DNA of 49,945 nt from Octopus bimaculoides. Taxonomy: Eukaryota. The notes beneath the pieces are model-generated. The model ran no database searches. It saw only the letters and a program-made list of their open reading frames with translations, and was not told the DNA's origin. A program made the translations under genes and the position numbers. Below are positions 1 through 10,747 of this stretch, piece by piece. Location: assembly GCF_001194135.2 (NCBI RefSeq), contig NC_068981.1, forward strand, positions 154,000,179 to 154,050,123, in the 5' to 3' direction. Within the stretch, counting starts at the first letter, position 1; each line of letters opens with the position of its first letter.

Positions 1-335
1 GCACATGAGATGCACCATTTTGAGCGTGGCCGTTGCCAGTACCGCCTGACTGGCTCCTGTAGGATTTTCGAGCGAGATCGTTGCCAGTGCCCCTGGACTG
101 GCTTGTGCGGGTGGCACATAAAAGACACCATTTCGAGCGTAGCCGTTTTCGTGCGGGTGACACGTAAAAGCACCCACTACACTCTCTGAGTGGTTGGCGT
201 TAGGAAGGGCATCCAGCTGTAGAAACTCTGCCAAATCGGACTGGAGCCTGGTGTTGCCATCCGGTTTCACCAGTCCTCAGTCAAATCGTCCAACCCATGC
301 TAGCATGGAAAGCGGACGTTAAACGATGATGATGA
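1..335 (+). mobile_element. 3' end/UTR of RTE-type LINE (abundant family), (GAT)n tail
   Basis: Closely similar to 44660-44975; ends ccatgctagcatggaaagcggacgttaaacgatgatgatga. Confidence 0.85.
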
Positions 336-472
336 AGACAGTCATCAATGGTGTTGTAACAAATAGTTTATACTGAATTCATACCACACTTAGCATGTAC
401 AGTATTTTTTAAAATAACTTTGGCCTCTGTAATTATTGTTTTACAAAGTGTTATATCAATTGTGCTTTTCAG

Positions 473-607
473 GTGAAAAAATGTACTTTCTATGATGTGT
501 TCTTAGACTTTATACTGCTGGATGCATTTGATGATTTAGAGAATCCCCCGAAATCTGTGGTTGCTGTGGTCCAAAACCAGTGGTTATCCAATGGATTTAA
601 AGAAACT
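473..607 (+). CDS. MIGA: MIGA exon (VKKCTF...GFKET)
   Basis: ttttcag acceptor, gtaaga donor, 135 nt. Confidence 0.95.
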
Positions 608-3600
608 GTAAGACTATTAATGTATCATGTTCATTACATATTTTATTTATTCTTCATTAATTATTGCATGTCATGTATGATGACAGACACACCACATAAC
701 TTGTTCCATAATTGGTGTTCTAAGTTTATTGGCAATTTCAACACCAGTCTTGTTCATAAGGACCTTGGCTATGCTTGATGGATGCCTACAGCTCATCTGC
801 TCATGGAGCTGGTAAGCAACTCTATATGTTGCTGATAGTGTCTGACAGATTACATCTATCTTCTCTTGCTATCTTGTTAGCTAGAAGAGGTCACCATACA
901 ATTGCTCATGAGTCATTTTCTGTATTTAGCTGATGTGGAAGTCCATTCAGAACATCTAAGTGTAGCAGCTATCAGTGGACGTTGCCACACACCTAGGATC
1001 TCCTTTCTTTTTGATGGTGGAGAATTTTACATAAATAGTAGAGTTAATAAGATTGTAGCTTATTTAGTTGATTTCATAATTTAATCTAAAAATGACCTGA
1101 GAATATAAATGCCAACCACTCCGAGAGTGTAGTGGGTGCCTTTTACATGTCACTGGCTTAGGTGCATTCATGTATCACCAGCACAGGTGCCTTTACATGT
1201 CATCTACATGGGTGCTTTTACATGTTACTGGCACATATGCTATTACATTTGCAGTAAATACTTATTCAAGTTTTTAGTAAATATTTTACATTATTGCTGG
1301 AATAATCACAAAACTTAATTCCGCAGTTAAAGGGTTAAAATAGTAAGGTTTGAGGAAATTTGGCTGCTATTTCTAGTAGGTTGAGTCACTGAAAAGAGAC
1401 TCTTTACCAATTTTTAGTTGTTTCTTCAGCAAGTTTTAAAACAAATATTTAAATCTTGTTCTGCTGAATTTATTCAACCCTGGTTGGTGTAAATTTAACT
1501 ATTAGAATGTTAAGGCATTTAAAAGGTTTTGCATGTTATTTAAAAATCGCTATGTACAGCAATGTGACGCTGCTCTAATTTGTTTCACTAACAAGAAAGA
1601 ATTGAAGAAATCAGTTCACTATCTCAACAATGAAGCATTAATTACTATTTTACTAATAAAAGAAATTGCTGTCTGTTAATTGAGAATGGCATATTCTGAA
1701 TAATATATTTTTCTTCAATATTATTTTATAATTTTTCATCCTTTGTAATGTATTTGCTGTTTTCTAGGCACTGTCTACAGCTGTGTGGTCAGTTTTGAAA
1801 GCTAAAAGAAGAATGCTCAAGGTAAATAAACCAAGATGTTTCATATGTAACTATCTAAGACAGTTTACATCTTTTTTCTGTGCCAATAGTCGGAACATTA
1901 TTACATTTTAAATTGTTTAGTGGTTAAAATGTCAGTAGCTTGATAAAATGTTATAAATCTATGTAATGTACTTTCTTTGCTTATTTTTACCCAGTTAAAA
2001 CAAAAAAAAAAAAAAACTCCTCTTACTTTGGATTACAAAATTAAAAAAAAAAAAAAAATCTTCAGTATCAGCAAAGGAAACTGCATTATAATGTTCTTTT
2101 ATTTGCTGAGTGTAGAAGAAAGGTCTGTGCCCATGATCTTTGCAGGTTATCTGAGACCAGTGACATTGGTACCAATGATGTTCTATGAAGAATTTAAAAA
2201 CGCTGTCAAATAAAATGTTTCCAAATTATGTAAATTTAACATTGTTACGTACTGACTGTATTTATTGAATAGATTACTAAGATTTTTTTTAAGGATACTT
2301 TTCAGATTATAAACATTTCTTTTTCAGTTCCCACATGGTTTTATATCTTACTTTTATTCCATCTCTGAACTAATTACTCCAGTTCTTGTATGGGGTTTGC
2401 TTGGCCCACCATCCAATTTAAAAACTATTTGCTGTGCATTTAAGGTAAGTCAATAACTATATCTACTTAACCTCAATAAATAGAAACATCATTTTCATCG
2501 TTTAATGTCCGTTTTTCATGCTGGCATGGGTTGGACGGTTTGACAAGAGCTGACCAGATCCAATTGTCCGTTCTAGCATAATTTCTATGGCTGAATACCC
2601 TTCTTAACACCAACCACTTACCAGAGTGTGTCCGGTGCTTTTACATGGCACCAACGTCTGCAAGACAAAAAAAACCTCTTGGCTGGGAGAGGGAGTTGGG
2701 GCATGGCCATAAAGGACACGCCTGTATGTATTGATGGCCATGATTTTACTTAGCTTTACATGTCGTCTCAAGTACAGCAAATTGCCAGAAGCCTCAGTCA
2801 CTTGTTATCTCTTCAGTAAGACCAAATTAGTCTACTGGTCCACAAACTCATTATAGGCAGGTTACTGTCAGAATCTGGATGGTTCTCTTGTCAGTTTTGA
2901 CAATAAGGATTCAATTGTTTGACCAACTCATTGAATTGGCTGTGGTTGAGCATTCCACACACATGTACCCTCAATTCTCAAACCCAGTCAGCATAACACT
3001 GTGAAGCTGTGTTTTGGAATTACAGGTATGATCCATCTGAAAGTTTTTTATGCAGTTTCCATCCACAAAGGTATGGGTCAACTGGAGTCTGTAGAAAATG
3101 ACATTTGCACAAGATGTCATGCAATGGAGTCGAACCCAAGACCTGGTGATTGCAAAGTGAACTTCTTAAAAACATTTGGACACAAAAAATTGGTGTGAAG
3201 ATGACTGAGTGGTGTGCATGAGGAAATGGAAATACAAAATACAAAAACCCAGTGATTGGCTTATTGGAAACTTAGCCAACAATGTTGTCTTTCAGAAAAT
3301 GCAATAAATCAAAATCAAAAAAATTAATAAAATACAGTATTATCATTATTTAGTATCTGTTTTCCATGCTGGTATGAGTTTGACTGGAACTGGTAAGCCA
3401 GAGAGCTGCACCAGGCTCCAGTCTGTTTTGGCTTGGTTTATACAGCCAGATGCCTTTTCTAACACCAATCGTTCTGTAGAGTGTACCAGGTGCCTTTTCC
3501 ATGTCACCAGCCCAAGTATCAGATTTTTTTTAAATACCGAGAATGATATTTTACAAAGAATATGTCAAGGAAAGCGTTTTATATTGTTTGGTTTTCTGAT

Positions 3601-3814
3601 AAAATTATTATACTTTATATTTTGAAACTATTGGTTTGATGGTTTTCTTTTTCTTCTTTCTTTACAGGATATAGTGTATAACTTCATCAAAGACATCTTC
3701 AGCTTCGAAAAAGTACGATTCACTACGCAAGAGGACATGGGAAGTGACTTGTTACGTATTGTGAAAGAATATGTCAGTATTGCTGAAAATAAGCTATGTG
3801 CTGCAAATGTATAG
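473..3814 (+). CDS. MIGA: Mitoguardin (MIGA/FAM73), last 4 coding exons: join(473-607,1768-1821,2328-2444,3668-3814); 5' part outside window
   Basis: Spliced translation VKKCTFYDVFLDFILLDAFDDLENPPKSVVAVVQNQWLSNGFKET/ALSTAVWSVLKAKRRMLK/FPHGFISYFYSISELITPVLVWGLLGPPSNLKTICCAFK/DIVYNFIKDIFSFEKVRFTT...NKLCAANV* matches recalled FAM73/MIGA C-terminal motifs (LDFILxDAFxDLENPP, WSVLKAKRR); all introns GT-AG, phase 0. Confidence 0.95.
1115..1240 (-). mobile_element. Degenerate RTE 3'-UTR fragment
   Basis: ccaaccact motif plus three ggtgc(c/t)tttacatg modules. Confidence 0.55.
1768..1821 (+). CDS. MIGA: MIGA exon (ALSTAVWSVLKAKRRMLK)
   Basis: tttctag acceptor, gtaaat donor, 54 nt. Confidence 0.95.
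2328..2444 (+). CDS. MIGA: MIGA exon (FPHGF...CAFK)
   Basis: ttttcag acceptor, gtaagt donor, 117 nt. Confidence 0.95.
2486..2745 (-). mobile_element. RTE 3'-end copy
   Basis: catcgtttaatgtccgtttttcatgctggcatgggttggacgg = reverse complement of the family tail. Confidence 0.75.
3045..3190 (-). mobile_element. Degenerate tRNA-derived SINE head
   Basis: B-box-like gagtcgaacc (reverse GGTTCGACTC); resembles 36905-37045. Confidence 0.5.
3345..3520 (-). mobile_element. RTE 3'-end copy, degenerate
   Basis: ttccatgctggtatgag...gatgccttttctaacaccaa matches family tail. Confidence 0.6.
3668..3814 (+). CDS. MIGA: MIGA terminal coding exon (DIVYNF...AANV*)
   Basis: tttacag acceptor, TAG stop at 3812-3814. 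Confidence 0.92.
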   Translation, partial: DIVYNFIKDIFSFEKVRFTTQEDMGSDLLRIVKEYVSIAENKLCAANV

Positions 3815-3904
3815 CTTCTGTTCATTTTAATAATGAACAGTTGATTCCACATATATAAAAGTATACTCATCTCTTGGTTAACCAGTGAGTTACATATATG
3901 TGTA

Positions 3905-3908
<4 letters not shown>

Positions 3909-3938
<30 letters not shown>
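3909..3938. repeat. (TA)n microsatellite in probable MIGA 3' UTR
   Basis: Seen directly. Confidence 0.95.
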
Positions 3939-3939
<1 letters not shown>

Positions 3940-4147
3940 GTACATACAGTTACTGTGTGCATATGTATGTATGACAGCATTCCTTTCAACAAAATTCAGG
4001 TTTGGTATAACACTACTGGAAGTCACTTTTGTGATTATTGACCAAACTGAAGTAGAACTATTTTTTATGAAGAGATTGTTTTGAGAAACTGAATCTTGGT
4101 GATTTTAAACTTAACCAGGCTATTACTCTTTAACCCAGGTTATCTCT

Positions 4148-4184
<37 letters not shown>

Positions 4185-4777
4185 CTCTACCAAGTTTTAA
4201 ATTAAGATTTTCTTCGTTTTGTTGGCAGTGTCTTATTTATTTCTGTGTTACCTTAGACTCTAAATGATCTTAATATAATATTCTAGAATAGTATTTTTAT
4301 GCATGATCACTTTCAAATTAGTTACATCAATGACATTAGACCTAATATTATACACTCTTAGTCAAAATACTTTGCCTAGGTGAAACTCAGTTGGTAAACA
4401 TTGTAAAAAAGGGATGTTTTCTTACACTTTCTATAACAATTAAAATGTGAACTTTTGAAGAATTATTCAACCAGCATGCAGATGGATGGAAAATTTTAAG
4501 ATTTCACTTATACTTTACTTCAATTCAATCTGTGGCGGGGGGGGGGGAAAAAAGTCTGATGTTAAAAGGTATTTCTTATATTTACCTTTTCAGCAACATT
4601 GTATCCTGGTTTAAGTTTTATTATTCATGAGAATCGGTGAATAATTTTTTTAAAAATTCTTGGAAAGCTAAATAATTTGCTAGTCTTTTAAAAGAGAGGT
4701 AGCTGATTAGACTTGTGAGTCCATTGAAGGATATTTACAATTCTTTTTTTTTTTAGATAGTGTTTTATAAGCAGAGT

Positions 4778-4787
4778 NNNNNNNNNN
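4778..4787. other. Assembly gap (10 N)
   Basis: N run. Confidence 1.
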
Positions 4788-5489
4788 TGATTGTGATCAA
4801 CTGTGATATCACAAGACAAAATCTGGAAGAAAAATTTAGTAGGAAAGGCAAAATTTCAATATGTTCATTGGATACAGAGAAAGTAATTTTAAGCTTTCTA
4901 GTTTTTCTGACAAAATATAGCCAAAGAAATTTCTTCATTCCATTTTACCTTGCTTTGAGAATCTGGCAAATGGAGAAAAGATCACATTTTGATTTACAAA
5001 TGTAAACATTTAGTTGTCAATTTTTTTTTTTTTTTCCAAATCTTATGTACAGATATGTCATTTCACTTGGAATCGAAGAACATCTTATGTAAAACCCGCC
5101 TATTTTGTGATAAACATAGAATGTTTAAGATGCTTGACATTTATCTGTTCAATTGTACATACATTATTTCAGATACAAAGTTTTGATTTATTTATAACAC
5201 TTGTTAATCGGAAACTTTTGTCTGTCTTTGATGACATTTTAAAAATATTCCCTCTCCTCTTCAACATTCAGTCTTTAGGGTTGAAATAAACAGGCTCCCT
5301 CAAGTAGTTTCCTCTTCATTTGACATTATGATCAGGAAAACAATCTGTCAAACTCAAGAATATATGAATTAAATATATTTCATGATAATCTTTAAGCAAG
5401 TTTCCTGAAGAAATAAAAATTTAAAAACGAAGGGTCCATGTACTGACAGGAGGATTATTGTTCATCTTTCATGATGGCAAATAAATTAC

Positions 5490-6365
5490 ATTTATAATAA
5501 TAAAATAATGATAACAATAATAATGAAATTATTGTGTATAGTGCACGTGTGCACAACTCATTAAAGGTGCATGTACAGTACATAGAATTATGTACAAAAG
5601 TCAGGAAAGTGAACAGTGTATGAGTCATGATATACATGTGTGCATGCGTATGGAGGCAGGGGATACCAGGTGTAGTGTTGGTGAATTTCAGGAAGCATGG
5701 AGATTTTAAAGGATGCTATATCTCGGCAGCTAACAATTGATGCAGGTAGTTTGTTCCATGCTTCAGCAACTCTGAGTGTGAAAAAATGTTTCCAAAAGTC
5801 ATGGGAGCTGTGCTGTTTTCTGACTTTGTAGGCATGCCTACGTGTCTTAGACACATGGAGCTCAAGGTGGTTGTTGGTATGATGGTTAATAATTTTGTCG
5901 GTGTTTACCAAGTCAGTTGCCAAATGTTGGAGCTTCAATGTATCCATGCCCAGGGAAGCAAGGCATTCAGAGTATGGTAGATGCTGGATGGCGGGGTATT
6001 TGCTTGGTTGTACGTCTCTGAACAGTTTTCAGGAGGTCAATGTCCTGAGCAAGATAGGGGTTCGATTGATGATGCAAATTCCAAGTGTGGCTACACCATA
6101 GCCATATACAGCCTTAAGTTGGCCTTTTTAACAATTTTAGAGATGTGCTTTGTCAAGCGTCAATTACTGCTGACAGTAATGCCCAGGTCACATTCACAAG
6201 AAGACTTCTTGATATCAGTGTTGTAGAGAGAGTATGTGAACGCTGGGTTTTCCCTCCCAAAATGCATGGTGGTACACTTGTCCACAGCCAGCATGAGTTA
6301 CTAGTCTGTAATCTGGTTCGATTGCAGGAAAGATCTACAGTGTTCAGGATTTGTCCTTTTTATCT
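5490..6365 (-). mobile_element. CR1/L2-type LINE, 3' part of ORF2 and 3' UTR (decayed)
   Basis: Minus-strand LAVDKCTTMHFG, CDLGITVS, HISKIVKKAN, HFFTLRVAEAWNKLP...FK; ATT-rich tail. Confidence 0.85.
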
Positions 6366-7968
6366 GGAAGGAGCATGTGGAGGGAATTATTTGAACAAGG
6401 AAAATGAATGGGATCAGAGGGTGGAAGTTGCTGTGGTGAAGGGGCCAATGGAGCATGTTAGTTGGGAAGTAGGAAGTAGAGGCAATGAAGAAAATGAAAA
6501 CAGGAAAGGCAGTTGGTCCATCAGAAGTGTGGAAATAACTGCAAGTGGAGAGATATGGATTGTTGTGATGATGGATCTCTGCTAGAGTGTGCTGGATGGA
6601 AGATGAATGCTAGATGACTGGGCACTAAGTGTGGTAGTACCAATCTTCAAAGGGAAGGGGGATGCAATGAGTTGTGGGGTGTATAGGGGAGTATGCAATG
6701 AAGATAGTGGAAAGGGTATTGGAGAGAATTCAGAAAGGGGTGAATGAGATGCAATTTGGTTTTATGCCAGGAAGGGAGACAATAGATGCAGTGATCATTG
6801 TAAGGAGATTGCAAGAGGAATACCAAGATAAGGAGTACATGTGCTTTGTTGATCTGGAGAAGGCATTAGATAGGGTTCCAAGGAATGTAATTGAGTGGGC
6901 ATTAAAGAAGAGAGGTGTACTAGAGTGAGTTTGTATGAGTGGGTAAAGACACAAGTTAGAATTGGATCAGAGCTGTTGAAGGAGTTTGTGGTGAAAGTTG
7001 GTGTGCATCAGGGATCTGTGTTGTCACTGTTGTTGTTTGTAATAGTGGTTGATGTGGTGACAGAGTGCAAGAGAGGGATCGATAATGGAGATACTGTATG
7101 CGGATGACCTCGTTCTCATGAGTTAGACAATGGAGAGACTGAGGGAGCAGTTTTGGAAATGGAAGGAAGCGTTTGAAAGCAAGAATTTGAAGGTAAATTT
7201 TGGGAAAACAAAGGGTGGAAGGAGAAGTGTTAGTGAGTAAGGTGGATCCATGTGGTGTGTATAGGAGGAGGGTAATGGCAAATTCAGTGTTGTGTACGAG
7301 GTGTGAAAAATGGATTCATGGTAGATGTACGAAAATGAAGGTGACCCCCCCAAGACTCGCAAGAGAGTTTGTGGAAGATGTGAGGAAGGAGCTGATGGAA
7401 ACGGTGAGAGGGTTTTGTTATTTGGGAGATAGGTGGATGTGAAGCAGCTGTGACAGCAAGAGTGAGACTTGGCTGGGTGAAGTTCAGGAAATGTGGAGTA
7501 CTGTTATGTGGGGAAAAGGTTCTCATTGAAGATGAAAGGATGGTTCTATAGGAGTTGCGTGAGAGCTGCAATGCTGTACGGGTGTGAGACATGGTATCTG
7601 AGGGAGAGAGAGATGGCAATTTTGAGAAGAACCAAGAGAGAAATGTGTGGAGTGAAGCTGTTTGATAAGAGGAAGGACTGAGAACTTGATGGGGATGCCG
7701 AGGTTGGAAGAATCGGTGGAATGGCTAGCAAGGGCAAATGGAGTGCAGTGGTATGGGCATGTGTTGAGGAGCATGTTCTGAGGACGGTACTTGAGTTTGA
7801 GGTAAATGGACTGAGAAATCAAGGTAGACCAAGGAAAACGTGGAGGAGGAGTTTGGGAGGACAACCAAAACATGGCGAGATGGTGTGAGGGTGGTTGCCA
7901 TGGCATTGCGGTATATCTGGCCCTCCTGTTAATGGGGACAAAACCCAGATTTAAAACACTGGATGATG
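6366..7968 (+). mobile_element. 5'-truncated RTE-clade LINE (RT + Cys/His insert + C-terminus), decayed
   Basis: VVVPIFKGKGD, QFGFMPGRETIDA, FVDLEKALDRVPR, GVHQGSVLS, ADDLVLM, CGVYRRRVMANSVLCTRCEKWIHGRC, FCYLGD, AMLYGCETW, WYGHVL, GRPRKTW; (GAT)n tail; stops and frameshifts. Confidence 0.92.
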
Positions 7969-8195
7969 ATCTCAAGGTACAGCTTGATGTCATTTGCATA
8001 TTTCAGCATGTGTCATTAATGTATGCAACAAACAAAAGGGGACCAAGAACAGATCCCTGCAGTACACCAGATGACAGAGTGAAGAATGCTGTCCTAGAAC
8101 CACGACTTACTCTTTTTGGCTGAGAATAAGGACTCCAACCAGTTAAAAAGATCAGCTTTCACACCCATTGCAGAGAGTTTTGTTACAGAAATCTA
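7969..8195 (-). mobile_element. Upstream RT part of the CR1-type LINE interrupted by the RTE
   Basis: SGVLQGSVLGPLLFVAYIND...KYANDIKLYLE. Confidence 0.85.
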
Positions 8196-8699
8196 ATTTT
8201 AAAAAATTTTTTATTTTATTTGAATTTATTAACAAAGCACAGTTGATTTCTGCAGGAGAATACTCATTAACAAAGAGCTAATTTTTGATGATTGATTTGA
8301 CATCTTTATTACTGGTATTTATTATTTTCATTGATCTCAGCAGAGATGAAATGTAGTTTAGATTTGTGCAAGGATTTGGAACAGTCTATGCTCTCTCTCT
8401 CAAACAGAAGTTCTATGCAAAGAAATAACCATTTATACCTACCATTCCTTAACTTCTTGGCCTTCAATAGGGTACCACACTGAATAAACTAGTAGTAGAT
8501 AAATGGCTAATGAGAGCTTTGCAAGCCACATATAAGGTTGCTGTCAGTAAAATGACATGGTCACTCGTGAGAACTCCTGTATACTCACAACCTAGTTCTA
8601 ATAGCCAAATCAGTTGAATTTGAGGGAAAGTCCCAGAGGTGAAGTAGCAATGACAAAAGTCACGGCAGGAAACAAAACAGAACTGTGCTACAAGTCACA

Positions 8700-9230
8700 A
8701 TGCTCGATATGCAGAAACTGAATAAACAACTGTATACTAGTTACTAATGCAAAAGATAAAGCGGGGTCAGACAGGTTGATACACAGGAATAGTTAGCAGT
8801 AAGAAAACCAAAGAAATATAGTCTCTCAGCTACTACTTAAAAGGCATGCTGGAAACATGACAACTTGTTACCCAATCAGTTGTGTGGAAGCATAGTAGCT
8901 AGCTAAGGAGAGGGAGAGAAAAGTTCTGAGATATTATCTTGGTAATAAAAAAGTTTTTGCTTTGAATGAAGGACAGGACTGTGAAAGAGGGAGAAGAAGT
9001 GAAGTCTGATCTTATGATATTGAGTCTGATCTTATGATATTGAGCCTCATAAATGGGACGAAAAACAACAGCAAATTAAGAGCTGTTGGGGCTGGAACAT
9101 TTCTGTTCATCCTGTATAAGGATGGAAGAATGTATACAAAAATGACAATGACTCATGATGAGAAGTGAATGTGTGTAAAAGTTAAGACATTTAAATATGA
9201 GGATGCAAATGTGTAGGTACACCCTATTTT
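8700..9230 (+). mobile_element. Possible very decayed LINE endonuclease-end fragment
   Basis: ILVIKK...KDRTVKEGEEVKSDL resembles the DYILV...SDH end of APE domains; 20-bp tandem duplication at ~9003-9043. Confidence 0.35.
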
Positions 9231-9502
9231 CCCCACTATTGATCGTAACAACTCAGACTCAGCTGCTATTAGCCCTTCATGACAAATTCTTTGATAGCTA
9301 AATAAACCCCTCTCCTTGACACATCGTGGTGTCTCTTTACTATAAGTCCTTCAATTGGGAAACAACAGAAATAACTTCACATTACCAGCTCCTATCGTAG
9401 CTAAAAACTTTTATATTGGAGAAGCATGGCCTCTCAGCTCAAGTGAATGCAACCAGACAGTACAAGACAAGGTTCCGCCCTAATCACATTGGAAAAATAT
9501 TG

Positions 9503-9700
9503 GTTTCAAGTTTTAGCACAAGGCCAGCAATTTTATGAGCGGTCAATTAGATTGACCCCACTGCTTAACTGGTAGTTATTTTATCAACCCCAAAAGAATG
9601 AAAGGCAAAGCTGACCTCAGGAGAATTTCAATTTAAAGATAGACAAAATGATGTTAAGCAGTTTGCCCAGCTAAAGCATTCTGACAGCTCATTGCCCTAA
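9503..9700 (-). mobile_element. tRNA-SINE family A (Meta-domain-like core), degenerate
   Basis: tcaaccccaaaagaatgaaaggcaaagctgacctc core shared with 16741-16948 and 30273-30482. Confidence 0.7.
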
Positions 9701-10502
9701 ACCGGTGCATTCAACCTGATATGGCTATAAGCACAATGGAGAAATATCCGTGTAAATGGTAGCAAAAGCAACCTATTTAAGTAGTAATCCCTAATAAAGG
9801 TTGAAGGGATATTTAAGTTCTGATGCAAATAACCTTTTTAGTACTAGTGGCATAATGGAATACACCCAGTCCATGATATCAAGTGATTAACAATAGGAGA
9901 AAAAAAAAAAAAAATTCCAAAATTTTGAGTATATCAATTACAGAAGATCTGTTACAAGTGACAAAGCAATGTACAGGAGTAGACTGGCATGAATTAACAG
10001 CAAAAACAATGGCCATAAAATGCCAAACCTTTCTACTTATTGGTCTTTGATAAAACTTGATATATACATGTAAAGTGTCAAGATTAGAAATATATTTGAC
10101 CCATATGCACACTTCCTATACAAACTGACTTGGTGTAATGGCTATAGGAATGTAAGGCAAAAAGTGACAGGTATCACACTGCTCTTTCTAACTGAGTCAA
10201 GTACTTTTCAGGGATGAAGTCAAAGTCTGTATCATGCAATAATTGATCATCTGTTAAATCCTAAAAAGAAACTGGTGAGTAGTAACGTGCTAACATTATT
10301 TCAGGATTCAACAGAATAGGTATTTCTGTTTTCAACAGTTTTAATTAAATATTGGTTATATAACATTATTGAAGCCAAAGCGATCAGATCCAAAGGCAAA
10401 GTTTAGGATGTGTCTGAAGTGTAATTTTATTTTAGATATAAGTTTTTCATCTACTCTGATTGTGTGCCTTATTCCAGAATATGTATATTGTATAGGACTT
10501 TT

Positions 10503-10747
10503 TTAACCTTAAACCCTTCAGCTTTTAAACCAGCCTGACAATGATGATATCCAGCCCAAATATTCTACCGGTTTTATGTTCAATAAGGCCAGATCCAGCT
10601 CTTACATCTACCCTACAATGTCAATCTAAAAATACACTATCACATTATCAAAATCTCAAAGCTACAAAATAATGAATGATTAATTCAAAGCCATGCAAAT
10701 AAATAAGCATTATATTTGACAGAGTAATCTAAAGAATTAAAAGGTAA
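10503..10747 (+). mobile_element. piggyBac-like MITE, degenerate ends
   Basis: Internal sequence matches 47773-47998. Confidence 0.75.

Noticed and set aside
3797-3814. C-terminal CAANV of MIGA as a prenylation signal
   Set aside because: The Cys is fifth from the end, so it is not a CaaX box.
9230-9480. Possible CR1 endonuclease remnant (IEG...RHHDVSRRGV.LAIK) belonging to the 5490-8195 element
   Set aside because: The similarity is too short and decayed to call without alignment.
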